Shown here: piece by piece, positions 30,935 through 41,189 of the stretch
Numbering within the stretch: the stretch's first letter is position 1
Layout: every line of letters begins with the position of its first letter
Assembly (NCBI GenBank): GCA_963832165.1
Contig: CAWHTE010000011.1
Coordinates: forward strand, 384,001 to 448,000
From: an uncultured delta proteobacterium
GTDB taxonomy: Bacteria; Myxococcota_A; UBA9160; SMWR01
DNA length: 64,000 bases
Direction of reading: 5' to 3'
The notes under the pieces: model-generated
Told to the model about the DNA's origin: nothing
The model's database searches: none
What the model saw: only the letters and a program-made list of their open reading frames with translations
Program-made: the position numbers and the translations under genes

Positions 30935-31900
30935 TCATGACGGCAACTTCATCGCGCGCGCCTCTCCACAGCGTTCGCCCGCGCGAATCTGCTCGCGGAG
31001 CGCCCAGGTCCGGGCGTTCTGCGCAGGCTCACCGGCCCATCCGACGCGCGCGAGCGCGAGCGCACCGTCGCCGGCCGCGATGCACACCGCGCCCGATGGC
31101 GCGAAGAACAGCTCGCCGGGCGGCCGAGCCACGTCGAGCGGCGTCGTCTCGGCCCACCAGATCGAGAACGCGCGCGAACGCACTGCCGTGAACGCACCCG
31201 GCCACGGATCGGTCAAGGCGCGGATCAGATTGCGCACGCGCTCGGCAGGTGCATGCCAGTCGATCGCGCCGTCCTCGGGCCGGCGCCCGCCGTAGTAGGT
31301 CGAGCGCTCGTGTTCCTGCGCGATGCGCGGGGCCGTGCCCGCGGCGAGCTTCGGGATCGCGTCGCGGAGCAGCTCGCGCGCGACACCGGCGAGCTTGCGG
31401 GTGAGACTCAACGCGCTGTCGTCGCGTCCGATCGCGATGGCGCGCTGCGCCACCACGTCGCCGTGGTCGGGCTTCTTGTCCATGTAGTGCAGCGTGAGGC
31501 CGGTCTCGCTCTCCCCCTCGATCAGCACCCAGTTCACCGGGGCGCGGCCGCGGAAGCGCGGCAAGAGCGAGCCGTGCAGGTTGAGCGCGCCGCGCTTCGC
31601 GAGCGCGAGCACGGGCCGCGTGAGCATGTGTCGGAAGTAGAATGAGAACAGGAAATCGGGCGCCGCGCTAGCGACGATCGCGAGCGGCTCGGGCTCGTTC
31701 ACGTTCGCCGGAGCGATCGCGCGCACCCCCGCGCTCCGCGCGAGATCCCGCACCGATCGGAACCAGATCTGCTCGCCGGGCGCATCCTCGTGCGTGACCA
31801 CGAGCGCCACGTCGACGCCGAGCTCGAGCAGCGTCTCGAGACTCGCGGCGCCGATCTCGCCATACGCGCACACGACCGCGCGTATGTCCGCTGCACTCAT
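30935..31900 (-). CDS. arnA: UDP-L-Ara4N formyltransferase (ArnA N-terminal domain, stand-alone)
   Basis: VVTHED.PGE.IWF.SV, FSFYFR, NLHGSLLP.FRGRAPVNWVL, GGRRPEDG.IDW. Confidence 0.88.
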   Translation of the reverse strand: MSAADIRAVVCAYGEIGAASLETLLELGVDVALVVTHEDAPGEQIWFRSVRDLARSAGVRAIAPANVNEPEPLAIVASAAPDFLFSFYFRHMLTRPVLALAKRGALNLHGSLLPRFRGRAPVNWVLIEGESETGLTLHYMDKKPDHGDVVAQRAIAIGRDDSALSLTRKLAGVARELLRDAIPKLAAGTAPRIAQEHERSTYYGGRRPEDGAIDWHAPAERVRNLIRALTDPWPGAFTAVRSRAFSIWWAETTPLDVARPPGELFFAPSGAVCIAAGDGALALARVGWAGEPAQNARTWALREQIRAGERCGEARAMKLPS

Positions 31901-32805
31901 ACCACCTCCTCGGGGCATGCGACCGGGCCGACCCGACCTGGCAGCTCGCGCGCGACGACGCGGCGCGTGGCGGCGCGCCCGCGCTCGCGCTCCGCGAGGT
32001 CGGCGAGCGAGACGAACGCCACCGCTCGCTCGCGAAGCGCGTCGAGCCAGCGGCGCAGCCATTCCTCGAAGTGGATCCCCTCGGCCTCAGCGTGCACGCC
32101 GACCACGTTCGGGCGATTCGGGGCGAGGTGCGCGTTGTACCAGCTGACTAGCTCGTCTGCGTGCACAGCGAGCGCAGCGCGCGCCGCGAGCAGCTCGTCG
32201 CTCGTCGGAAGCGTGGTTGGAATCTGGAGCGTCTTCGCGCTGCCTCCGTCGAGCTCGGGATAGAACGGGACGTCGCCGCGGCAATCGCTCGCGAACGAGA
32301 ACCCGAGCTCGTCCTGCACACGCAGGCTCGCGGGGGTGATCTGCCAGCCCGGCGCACCCGAGAAGCGCGGCGCGTGGCCGAGCGTCTGCGTGAACAGATC
32401 GAGCGCGCGCGCATAGCTCGCGCGGACGGCGGGCTCGTCCATGCCCGCGACGGCGTCCTGCCAGCCGACGTGGTCGAAGCCGTGCAACCCGACCGCATGC
32501 CCGGCGGACTCCGCGGCGCGCAGCAGTGCGGGCGCGCTCTCGCCCACGGGCTGCGCGGGTAGCAGCGTGCCGGAGAGCAGCGTGCGCACGCCGTACATGC
32601 GCGGAGCGTGCGTGCGCAGCATCTTGGTCACGAAGCCGCGGCGGAAGATGCGGCGGATCGCCTTGCCCGAGTTGTCGGGCCCGAACGCGACGAAGATCGA
32701 CGCGGGCGCGCCGGCCCGGTCGAGCGTGCGCAGCAACGCGGGCAGTCCCGCGTGGAGCGCGCGGTGATTGCAGACGTCGACCTTGAGCGCGACCTCGGTC
32801 GTCAA
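31897..32805 (-). CDS. arnD: Polysaccharide deacetylase / ArnD-like deformylase
   Basis: ALKVDV, FGPDNSGKA, LLSGTLLP, GLHGFDHVGWQ, QIPTTLPT.DE, HAEAEG. Confidence 0.85.
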   Translation of the reverse strand: MTTEVALKVDVCNHRALHAGLPALLRTLDRAGAPASIFVAFGPDNSGKAIRRIFRRGFVTKMLRTHAPRMYGVRTLLSGTLLPAQPVGESAPALLRAAESAGHAVGLHGFDHVGWQDAVAGMDEPAVRASYARALDLFTQTLGHAPRFSGAPGWQITPASLRVQDELGFSFASDCRGDVPFYPELDGGSAKTLQIPTTLPTSDELLAARAALAVHADELVSWYNAHLAPNRPNVVGVHAEAEGIHFEEWLRRWLDALRERAVAFVSLADLAERERGRAATRRVVARELPGRVGPVACPEEVV

Positions 32806-33779
32806 CGCCCGACCGCGGCGCGCGCGGCCGGGACCTCCGCTACCGGATGCACCTCGCTGCGCACGACATAGCGCGGGCGCTGGCGCACCTGGTCGTACAC
32901 GCGCCCGAGGTATTCGCCCAGTATGCCGAGCGCCACGAACTGCGCGCCCATGAACAGGAACAGCGCGGCGAACAGCGTGAACACGCCCTGGGCCGCCCAG
33001 TCGCTACCGAGCGCGATGCGCAGGATCACGATCAAGGCGCCCAGCGTCACGCCGAGTGCGGCCATCGAGAACCCAAACGCCGACAGCGCGCGCAGGGAGA
33101 ACATCGAGAACCCGGTCAGCAGATCGAGGAGCAGCGAGAACAGCCCGAACAGCGCATAGCGCGATTCCCCCTCGAGCCGTTCGGCGTGGCCGACCGGAAT
33201 CTCCGCCACGCGATCGGTGAAGCAGTGTGCGAGCGCCGGAATGAAGCTCGAGATCTCGCCGCTGTCGCGCATCGACCGCACGATCTCGATCCGGTACGCG
33301 CGCAACATGCAGCCGTAGTCGCGCAGCGCGACGCCGGTCGCCCTCGAGATCAGGCGGTTCATCGCGCGCGACGCGAGCCGCCGGAACCAGCTGTCGTGGC
33401 GGCTCTCGCGCCATCCGCCCACCACGTCGGCGCCCTCGTCGAGTGCCACCACCAGGCGCGGGATCTCGGCGGGCGGGTTCTGGAGGTCGGCGTCGAGCGT
33501 GACGACCGCGTCGGCGGTGCAGCGCGAGAAGCCCGCGAACACTGCCGCGTGTTGACCGAAGTTGCGAGCGAGCCGGATCGCCCGGAAGCGGGGGTCGCGC
33601 CGCGCCGCCTGCTCGAGCAGCGGCCACGAGCGGTCGCGACTGCCGTCGTCGACGAAGATCGCGCGCCACGGGATCTCGAGCGGACCGAGGTCGGCGAGGA
33701 GTCGCTCGAACAGGCGCGGCAGCGTGGCCTCCTCGTTGTAGACCGGGATCACGAGGTCGATGTTGCGGATCCGACTCAT
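32802..33779 (-). CDS. arnC: Undecaprenyl-phosphate L-Ara4FN transferase (GT2)
   Basis: VIPVYNEE, VDDGSRD, RNFGQHAAV, LDADLQNPP.EIP, DYGCMLRAY, GEYLGR. Confidence 0.88.
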   Translation of the reverse strand: MSRIRNIDLVIPVYNEEATLPRLFERLLADLGPLEIPWRAIFVDDGSRDRSWPLLEQAARRDPRFRAIRLARNFGQHAAVFAGFSRCTADAVVTLDADLQNPPAEIPRLVVALDEGADVVGGWRESRHDSWFRRLASRAMNRLISRATGVALRDYGCMLRAYRIEIVRSMRDSGEISSFIPALAHCFTDRVAEIPVGHAERLEGESRYALFGLFSLLLDLLTGFSMFSLRALSAFGFSMAALGVTLGALIVILRIALGSDWAAQGVFTLFAALFLFMGAQFVALGILGEYLGRVYDQVRQRPRYVVRSEVHPVAEVPAARAAVGR

Positions 33780-34939
33780 CGCTCCACCTCGTCCGCGACC
33801 GCGCGGATCGCGCTGCAAACCCGCGTCACGTCGGCCTCGGTCATGCTGGGGAAGAGCGGCAGCGACAGCACGGAGAGATCGGCGCGCTCGCTGTGGGGCA
33901 GGTCGCCCGCGGTGTAGCCGTAGCGCTCGCGGTAGTAGCGGTGCAGGTGGACCGCGGTGAAGTGCAGGCCCGTGGCGATTCCGCGCTCGTCGAGGCGCGC
34001 CGCGAACTCCTCGCGATCACAGCGCAGCCGCTCCAGATCGAGCTTCACGATGAACAGGTGCCAGCCGTGGCGAGTCGTCGCCGGATCGAGTGCAAGCGGT
34101 GCCGCCACGGGGCATGCGCGCAGCGCTTCGCGGTAGTGCGCGGCCAGCTTCGCGCGCTGCTCGATGAATCCGTCGAGCCGTGCGAGCTGGTGGATGCCGA
34201 GCGCGGCCTGGAGATCGGTGAGGTTGTACTTGAATCCGGGAACGACGGTCTCGTAGCGAGTGGGGGCGCGCCCGGAGTGGCGCGCGGCGGCATCGCGGTC
34301 GATGCCGTGGAAGCGCAGGCGCCGCACGCGCTCGGCGATCCCTGCGTCGGACGTGGTCACCATGCCGCCCTCGGCGGTCGTGATGTTCTTGGTCGGCTGA
34401 AAGCTGAAGCAGGCCGTGCCCTGACCCGCGCCGATCCGGCGCTCGCGATACTCCGTGCCCGCCGCGTGCGCCGCGTCTTCGATCACGACGAGGTCGTGGC
34501 GCTGCGAGAGCGCGGCGAATCCGTCGAGATCGCACGACTGGCCCGCGAAGTGAACCGGCAGGATCGCGCACGTGCGCGGCGTGATCGCGGCCTCGACCGC
34601 GGCCCTCGTGATCTGGAGTGTCGCCGGGTCGACGTCGACGAACACGGGCCGCGCGCCGACCAGCTCGATGCAGTTCGCGGTGGAGGGCCACGTGATCGGC
34701 GTGGTCACCACTTCGTCGCCGGGGCCGATCCCGTGGGCGAGCAACGCGACGTGCAGAGCCGCAGTGCACGAGGAGACCGCGACCGCGTGCTCGCTACCCA
34801 CGTAGCTCGCGAACTCGCGCTCGAAGCGCTGCACGCGCGGACCCGACGTGAGCCAGCCCGAGCGCAGAACCGCTACGGCTTCGGCGATCTCTTCGTCGCC
34901 GAGGAACGGGCGCGAGAGCGGGAGCCTGTCGTCGTTCAT
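33776..34939 (-). CDS. arnB: DegT/DnrJ aminotransferase, UDP-4-amino-4-deoxy-L-arabinose aminotransferase
   Basis: SGWLTSGP, EDAAHA.G, FSFQPTKNITTAEGG, PGFKYNLTD, GIATGLHF. Confidence 0.88.
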   Translation of the reverse strand: MNDDRLPLSRPFLGDEEIAEAVAVLRSGWLTSGPRVQRFEREFASYVGSEHAVAVSSCTAALHVALLAHGIGPGDEVVTTPITWPSTANCIELVGARPVFVDVDPATLQITRAAVEAAITPRTCAILPVHFAGQSCDLDGFAALSQRHDLVVIEDAAHAAGTEYRERRIGAGQGTACFSFQPTKNITTAEGGMVTTSDAGIAERVRRLRFHGIDRDAAARHSGRAPTRYETVVPGFKYNLTDLQAALGIHQLARLDGFIEQRAKLAAHYREALRACPVAAPLALDPATTRHGWHLFIVKLDLERLRCDREEFAARLDERGIATGLHFTAVHLHRYYRERYGYTAGDLPHSERADLSVLSLPLFPSMTEADVTRVCSAIRAVADEVER

Positions 34940-35012
34940 GGGGCCGCGTACTCCTTCCACAACTCGAGCGGCGTTCTGATTCATCGCACGTCCGATGTCG
35001 ACCGCAACGAAC

Positions 35013-35028
35013 GTGACGCGATCGTCAT
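35013..35028. promoter_or_regulatory. Candidate response-regulator box between arnB and the two-component system
   Basis: GTGACG-CGAT-CGTCAT palindrome; shares ATCGTCAT with the tandem repeat at 37930-37950. Confidence 0.4.
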
Positions 35029-35085
35029 CCACGCACACGGCGCAGGTCTTCGATGTACCCTCACGCGCGACAGAGGAAACCCCGC

Positions 35086-35748
35086 GTGAGGATTCTGCTC
35101 CTGGAAGACGATCTCGAGACCGCCTCCGCGGTCGAGAAGGGCCTGTCGCTCGAGGGCCACAGCCTCTGCGTCGCCGCGAGCGCGCGCGAAGCGCTGCGTT
35201 TCGTCGCGGAGGAGACGTTCGACGTGGCCGTGCTCGACATCGCGGTGCCCGACGGCTCGGGATACGACGTGCTCGCCGCGCTGCGCGCCGGGCGGGATCC
35301 GATCCAGGTGCTGATGCTCACCGCGCGTGGGAGCGTGGAGGATCGCGTCGAAGGCCTCGACCGCGGCGCCGACGACTATCTCGTGAAGCCGTTCTCGTTC
35401 GCCGAGCTCGCCGCGCGGCTGCGCGCGCTCGACCGCCGGCCCAGGCCCCGCGCGACGGAGCTGCACTCCGACGTACTCGCGCTCGACCTGATCCGGCGCA
35501 CCGCGACCGTGCGCGGCGAACGCCTCGATCTGACACCCACCGAGTTCTCGCTGCTCGCGGCGCTGCTGCGCGAGCGCGGCGCGCCGCTCTCACGGAGCGC
35601 GCTGCTGCGCGAGGTCTGGGGCTACGAGTTCGATCCGGGTACGAACGTGGTCGACGTCCACGTCAACCGCCTGCGGCGCAAGCTCGAGGATCGCGGGCTC
35701 GCGGAGATGATCCGGACCGTGCGCGGGAGCGGCTATGCGGCCGCGTGA
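35086..35748 (+). CDS. OmpR-family response regulator (CusR/PmrA-like)
   Basis: ILLLEDD, VLDIAVPDGSG, MLTAR, GADDYLVKPF, TNVVDVHVNRLRRKL, IRTVRGSGY. Confidence 0.93.
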   Translation: MRILLLEDDLETASAVEKGLSLEGHSLCVAASAREALRFVAEETFDVAVLDIAVPDGSGYDVLAALRAGRDPIQVLMLTARGSVEDRVEGLDRGADDYLVKPFSFAELAARLRALDRRPRPRATELHSDVLALDLIRRTATVRGERLDLTPTEFSLLAALLRERGAPLSRSALLREVWGYEFDPGTNVVDVHVNRLRRKLEDRGLAEMIRTVRGSGYAAA

Positions 35749-37126
35749 GCTGTTCCGGCGCTCGTTCGCGCGCTCCGACGTCCGGACGGTCTGGATCACG
35801 ACCGCGGCACTGCTGGTCGCCGTATTCGTCCCAGGAATGTTCCTGTACGCGTACTCCGCGACCGAGTCGCTCGAGGAGATCGATAGCTGGTTCGAGTTCG
35901 CGCTCCAGGTCGTCGTGCGCGAAGTGAACGAGCGGGGACCCGAGGCGATTGCCTCGGGCGAAGTAGTGGGGCGGCTGCCGCATCCCAACGCCGCGGTTCG
36001 CGTGCACGGCGCGACCGGGGAGCTGCTCAGCGAACGCGGGGTCTGGCCCGATCCGGAGAACGAGATCCGGGCGCTGACCCACGGTGACAAAGAGAAGCGG
36101 AACCTGGGAGCGCTTTGGCTGCTCCGGGATGCCCATTGGATCGTCGGTGCGCGCGCCGGGGCGTCGGGCGAACGGATCGAGCTCGCATTGCCGCTGCGCC
36201 AAGCCGCGTCCGAGACGATCGAGATTCTCCGCCACGTCACGGTGGCGACGCTGATCGCCGGAACCGTGGTGCTGCTGATCGGGCTCGTGACCACCCTGCG
36301 AGCGTTCGTGCCGCTGCGTCGCGCGACCGCGATGCTGCGCGAGGTCGACACGGGGAGCCTCGGCGTGCGCCTGCCCACGCGCGGCACGGGCGACCCGATC
36401 GACCTCCACGCCGAGACGCTGAACGGTGTGCTCCAGCGGATCGACGCGGGCTTCGCGCGGCTGCGCGCGTTCAGCAGCGACGTGGCCCACGAGCTGCGCA
36501 CGCCGCTCAACCGGATCAGCACCGTGAGCGAGGTGGCGCTGCTCGAGGGCAGCGATCGCGATCTGCGCAGCGCGCTCGAGGCCGTGCACGGCACCACCGA
36601 GGAACTCGCGCGGATGGTGCAGGCGCTCTTGCTGCTCGCCGAGATCGACGATCGGCGGCTCGCGCTGCGCCGGAGCCCGATCGAGCTCGCGCCATGGATC
36701 CAGCAACACGTCGGGGCCTACGCCCCCTCGTTCGAAGACATCGGTGTGAAGCTCTCGGCGCATGGCGAGGAGCTCGCGTTCGAGGGCGACCGCACGCTGC
36801 TCGATCGCATCATCGCGAACCTGCTCGACAACGCGCTCCGGCATGCGCCCGAGGGCAGTAGCGTCGAGATCCGGACGGGGCGGCGCGAGGCGGGCGTCGC
36901 GGTCACGGTCGACGATGCGGGCGCAGGCGTGCCGGAAGCCGACCGCGAGCGCGTGTTCGATCGCTTCGCGCGCCTCTCGGGTGAGAGAGCGCAGGGGCAC
37001 GGGCTCGGTCTCGCGCTCGCGCGCGCGATCGCGGAGCTGCACGGGGGCACACTGCGCGCGACGCGTTCACCGCTTGGCGGCGCGCGCTTCGAGCTGTGGC
37101 TGCCGAGCGTCTCGGGCGGACACTGA
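35735..37126 (+). CDS. Sensor histidine kinase (2 TM, HAMP, HisKA, HATPase)
   Basis: AHELRTPL, NLLDNALRH, DAGAG, FDRF.R, GLGLALA. Confidence 0.93.
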   Translation: MRPRELFRRSFARSDVRTVWITTAALLVAVFVPGMFLYAYSATESLEEIDSWFEFALQVVVREVNERGPEAIASGEVVGRLPHPNAAVRVHGATGELLSERGVWPDPENEIRALTHGDKEKRNLGALWLLRDAHWIVGARAGASGERIELALPLRQAASETIEILRHVTVATLIAGTVVLLIGLVTTLRAFVPLRRATAMLREVDTGSLGVRLPTRGTGDPIDLHAETLNGVLQRIDAGFARLRAFSSDVAHELRTPLNRISTVSEVALLEGSDRDLRSALEAVHGTTEELARMVQALLLLAEIDDRRLALRRSPIELAPWIQQHVGAYAPSFEDIGVKLSAHGEELAFEGDRTLLDRIIANLLDNALRHAPEGSSVEIRTGRREAGVAVTVDDAGAGVPEADRERVFDRFARLSGERAQGHGLGLALARAIAELHGGTLRATRSPLGGARFELWLPSVSGGH

Positions 37127-37882
37127 TCGGTCGGCGGGATCGACCCGGGCCACACGCCGTTCGCGACCGCGCTGGTGGAGCTCCACCTTGATGGCGTTCA
37201 CGAGCAGTGCGATCGCCATTGCGCCCGCGACCAGGACAGCGCGGTCGAGGCCGCAGGCGAGCTCGACCCGACGCGCGAGCGACGCCACCGGAATCCATTC
37301 ACCGCGCACCGCCGCGATCGCGAGCAGCGCGGTGAGAGTCCAGGGGATGAGCTTCTTCTCGCGGTGCAACACTTCGCGCCAGGCCACGAGCGCATCGCTC
37401 GGCGCGCCGCGGTCGAGCCGGCGGAATCCGATCCAGCGCGGGACGTCGGCGATGTATTGCTGATACGCAACGCCTAACAGCTTTGTGAGGGCGCGTTCTT
37501 CGATCAGCACCACGGGGGTGTAGGCGATTAGCGTCGCGAACAGGAGCGCCAGGGCCATCCAGCCCGCGCCTGCGATCAGCCCGAGGCCGCACAGCATCAG
37601 CGCGGCCGCGAGGTAGAGCGGGTTGCGCGTCCAGCGGTAGGGTCCTGTGGTGATCAGCCCCGCCCGCGCGTGAGCATGGAACACCCGCGCGCCGCGTCCG
37701 ATCTGCCGCACCGCGCCCAACCGCAGCAGCACGCCCGCTGCGGCGGTGCCGGCACCGAGCAGCGCGCTGATGTAGTCGATCCCACCCCCGCGCAGGGCGG
37801 CGACGATCACCGGAACGGCGAGCGGCAGCAGCAGCGCCTCGCGATGCCGAAACAGGTACTTGCGCCACGCCTCGCGATTCAT
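37067..37882 (-). CDS. Isoprenylcysteine carboxyl methyltransferase / PEMT-family membrane methyltransferase
   Basis: LITTGPYRWTRNPLY, EERAL...Y..Y...VPRW signature. Confidence 0.85.
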   Translation of the reverse strand: MNREAWRKYLFRHREALLLPLAVPVIVAALRGGGIDYISALLGAGTAAAGVLLRLGAVRQIGRGARVFHAHARAGLITTGPYRWTRNPLYLAAALMLCGLGLIAGAGWMALALLFATLIAYTPVVLIEERALTKLLGVAYQQYIADVPRWIGFRRLDRGAPSDALVAWREVLHREKKLIPWTLTALLAIAAVRGEWIPVASLARRVELACGLDRAVLVAGAMAIALLVNAIKVELHQRGRERRVARVDPADRSVSARDARQPQLEARAAKR

Positions 37883-37929
37883 GCGGGGAAGGGTTCGTGT
37901 GGGGTTCTCCGTCTGCCATTCGCGGGTTC

Positions 37930-37950
37930 GAATCGTCATGAATCGTCATG
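37930..37950. promoter_or_regulatory. Tandem 10-bp direct repeat, candidate OmpR-family binding site
   Basis: GAATCGTCAT-GAATCGTCAT-G upstream of the methyltransferase. Confidence 0.45.
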
Positions 37951-37959
37951 TTGAGCGCG

Positions 37960-40900
37960 TTATCGGTAGTCGTGCGAGCGCGGCAGATCGCCGTGCGTGC
38001 GCAGCGGGACGAGCTCGCGTACGCGCACGTGGATCACGCCGTCGACCTTCTGGAGCGGACCCGCGATCTCGAGCAGTGCAGCGCCGTGGAGCGCGGAGCG
38101 GAAGCGCTCGAAGTAGTGCGGCGTGAGCACGGCGTTCGAGGTGCCGGTCTCGTCCTCGAGGGTCAGGAAGCAGAAGCCCTTGGCCGTGCCCGGGCGCTGG
38201 CGCACGATCGCGTGGCCGGCCGTGCGCACGAACCGGCCGTCGGGTGCGTCGCGCAGCGCCGCGGCGGAGAGCACGCCGCGCGCGGTGAGCTCCGGGCGCA
38301 GATACTGCATCAGATGCGCACCGGTGGTGACACCGCTGCGCCGGTAGTCGGCGAGCGTCTCCTCGAGTGCGCTCATCTCGGGCAGCGGTGAGTCCTCGCG
38401 CGCGGGATCGACGCGCGCGAGCAACGGCTCGCGCGCGAGCCCCGACACCTGCCACAGCGCCGAACGGCGCGTGCGCGCGCTCGCGTCGATGCCCGCGAGC
38501 GCGCCGAGCTCCGCGAGCGCCGCGAGCTCTTCGGGCCGCGGCCGCACGCGCGCGGCGAAGTCGGCCGCGCTCGCGAACGGCTGGCGCGCGCGCTCCGCGC
38601 CGAGCCGCTCGGCTGTCTCCTCGCGCAGCCCCGACACGAGCCGCAGGCCGAGCCGCACCGCGTTCGCGGCATCCGGCGCCGCTTCGAGCACGCTGCGCCA
38701 CTGCGAGCGCGCCGCGTCGATCGGCAGTACGACGACGCCGTGGCGCTGCGCGTCCTTCACCAGCGTGGCCGCGCTGTAGAAGCCCATCGGCTGCGCGTTG
38801 AGCAGGCCCGCGAGGAAGGCCGCCGGGTGATGGCACTTGAGATAGGCGGAGGCGTAGGCGATCAGCGCGAACGAGGCCGCGTGCGATTCGGGAAAGCCGT
38901 AGAGCGCGAACGAGGTGATGCCGCGCAGGATCTCCTCCTGCGCGCGTTGCCCGATGCCGCGCTCGCACATTCCGGTCACGAGCCTCTGCTCGATCTGGCT
39001 CATCCGCTCCACGGAGCGTTTGAAGCCCATCGCGCGGCGCAGCTCTTCCGCCTCGCCGCCCGTGAAGCCGGCCGCGGTCATCGCGATGCGCAGCAGCTGC
39101 TCCTGGAACAGCGGCACGCCGAGCGTGCGAGCGAGGATCGGCTCGAGCGACGGATGGGGATAGGTCACGGGCTCGCGTCCAGCGCGCCGGGAGAGATACG
39201 GGTTCACCATCTTGCCCGTGATCGGGCCCGGCCGGATGATCGCCACCTCCACCACGAGGTCGTAGAAGCGCTCGGGCTTCATGCGCGGCAGCGTCGCCAT
39301 CTGCGCGCGGCTCTCGATCTGGAACGTGCCGATCGTGTCGGCCTGCCGGATCATCGCGTAGGTGACGGGGTCATCGGGCGGCAGCACCGCGAGATCGATG
39401 TGCTTTCCCTCGTGGACGCTCACCTGTTCGAGCGTGTCCTCGAGCGCCGCGAGCATGCCAAGGCCGAGCAGATCGATCTTGATGATCCCGAGATCGGCGC
39501 AGTCCTCCTTGTCCCACTGCACGACACGGCGATCCGGCATGCGCGCGGGCTCGATCGGCACCACCTCGTCGAGCCGGCCTGCGGCGATCACGATGCCGCC
39601 CGAGTGCTGTCCGAGATGGCGCGGGAGACCGCGCACGCGCGTCACGAGCTCGAGCAGCGCGGCGATGCGCGGCGCCGTCGGGTCGACGCCGGCCTCGCGC
39701 AGCGCGGCGCGCTCGCTTCCTCGATCGTCGGGATGCTCGACGCTCGAGAGCAGTGCCGCGAGGCGCCCGGTGGCGTCCTCGGAGAGCCCGAGCACCTTCC
39801 CCATCTCGCGCACCGCCATCCGCGTGCGATAGGTGATCACCACCGCCGTCATCGCGGCGCCGTGGCGGCCATACTTCTCGAATACGTACTGGATCACCTT
39901 CTCGCGCTGGTCGCCCGACGGCAGATCGATGTCGATGTCGGGCCACTCGCCGCGCTCTTCGGAGAGGAAGCGCTCGAACAGAAGGCCCATCGCCACCGGG
40001 TCCACTGCCGTGATGCCGAGCGCATAACACACGGCGCTGTTGGCGGCCGAGCCGCGCCCCTGGGCCAGCATCGGCGCATCGCGCGCGAAGCGCGCGATGT
40101 CGTGCACGATCAGGAAGTAGCCCGCGAGGTCGAGCTTCTCGATCACGGCGAGCTCGCGATCGAGCTGGCGGCGCGCGCGCGCGGGTACCGGCCGTCCGTA
40201 GCGCTCGCGCGCGCCGTACTCGGTGAGGATGCGCAGGAACGAGGCCTGCGTTTCGCCGGGCGGGATCGGAAACTCCGGGAAGCGGTAGCCGAGATGTTCG
40301 AGCGTGAACGCGCAGCGCTCGGCGATCGCGCGCGTGGCGAGCACCCATTCGGGCCGGTCGCCGAAGCGCGCCGCGATCGCTTCGCGCGTGTGCAGGTGCT
40401 CTTCGGCGTTGACGGCCAAGCGGCGTCCGGCTGCATCGAGCCGCGTCTTCTCGCGCAGGCAGGTGAGCGCGTCGGTCAGCCTGCGCCCCTCGGCGCGCGC
40501 GTGGCGCACGTCACCCGTGGCCACCACGGGCACGCGCGCGTGCGCGGCCAGATCGGCCGCGCGCCGGTTGCTGCGCTCCTGCTCGCGGCGGCCCTGGCGC
40601 GAGACGTCCACCCAGAGGCGCCCCGGAAAGAGCGCGCCCGCGCGGTCGAGCAGCGCGGGCTTGAGGCGGGCATCGCCGCGCACGAGGGCCGTGAGGCCGG
40701 CCGCGTGCTCTTCCACCTCGCTCCAGGAGACGAGCGCTCCTTCCTTTCCAATCCGTTCGTGGCCGCACGTGATCAGGCGCGCGAGGTTGCGATAGCCGCG
40801 CGGCGTCTCGACGAGCAGCAGCAGCGCGTCGGCGCCTGCGTCGGGCTCGCTCCGCGAAACCTGCAGCGTGGCTCCGACGATCGCGCGCAGACCAGCCGCG

Positions 40901-41084
40901 CGCGCTGCCTGGTGGAAGCGCGGGATCCCGTAGAGGCCGCCCCGGTCGGCCAGCGCGAGAGCGCTGTGGCCGCACTCGGCGCGGCCCAGACCAGATCCTC
41001 GGGATTCGACGACGCCTCGAGAAACGAGAACGCGCTGCGGCAGCGCAGCTCGACGTAATCGCACGCCGGGGGGCGAGGGGCCAC
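37960..41084 (-). CDS. dnaE2: Error-prone DNA polymerase DnaE2/ImuC (frameshift near 40985)
   Basis: YVELRCRSAFSFLE, QGRGSAANSAVCY, ERFLS.ER.EWPDIDID, RHLGQHSGG, QIESRAQM, YGFPESHAASF, C-terminal SHDYR. Confidence 0.94.
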
Positions 41085-41090
41085 GAAGCG

Positions 41091-41119
41091 ATTTTCGTCT
41101 TTTGTTCGCTTCCGGTCAA
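41091..41119 (-). promoter_or_regulatory. dnaE2 promoter with embedded CGAA-N7-CGAA (SOS-like) operator
   Basis: Minus strand TTGACC-N17-GAAAAT, 6 nt before GTG; contains GCGAACAAAAGACGAAAAT; 24/29 identical to 48637-48665. Confidence 0.7.
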
Positions 41120-41189
41120 TCGAAACGACTCAGCCCGAGGCCGAGGCCGACGGGCGAAGCGGAAGGCGACGCCGCGAAGTAGCTCTCGC

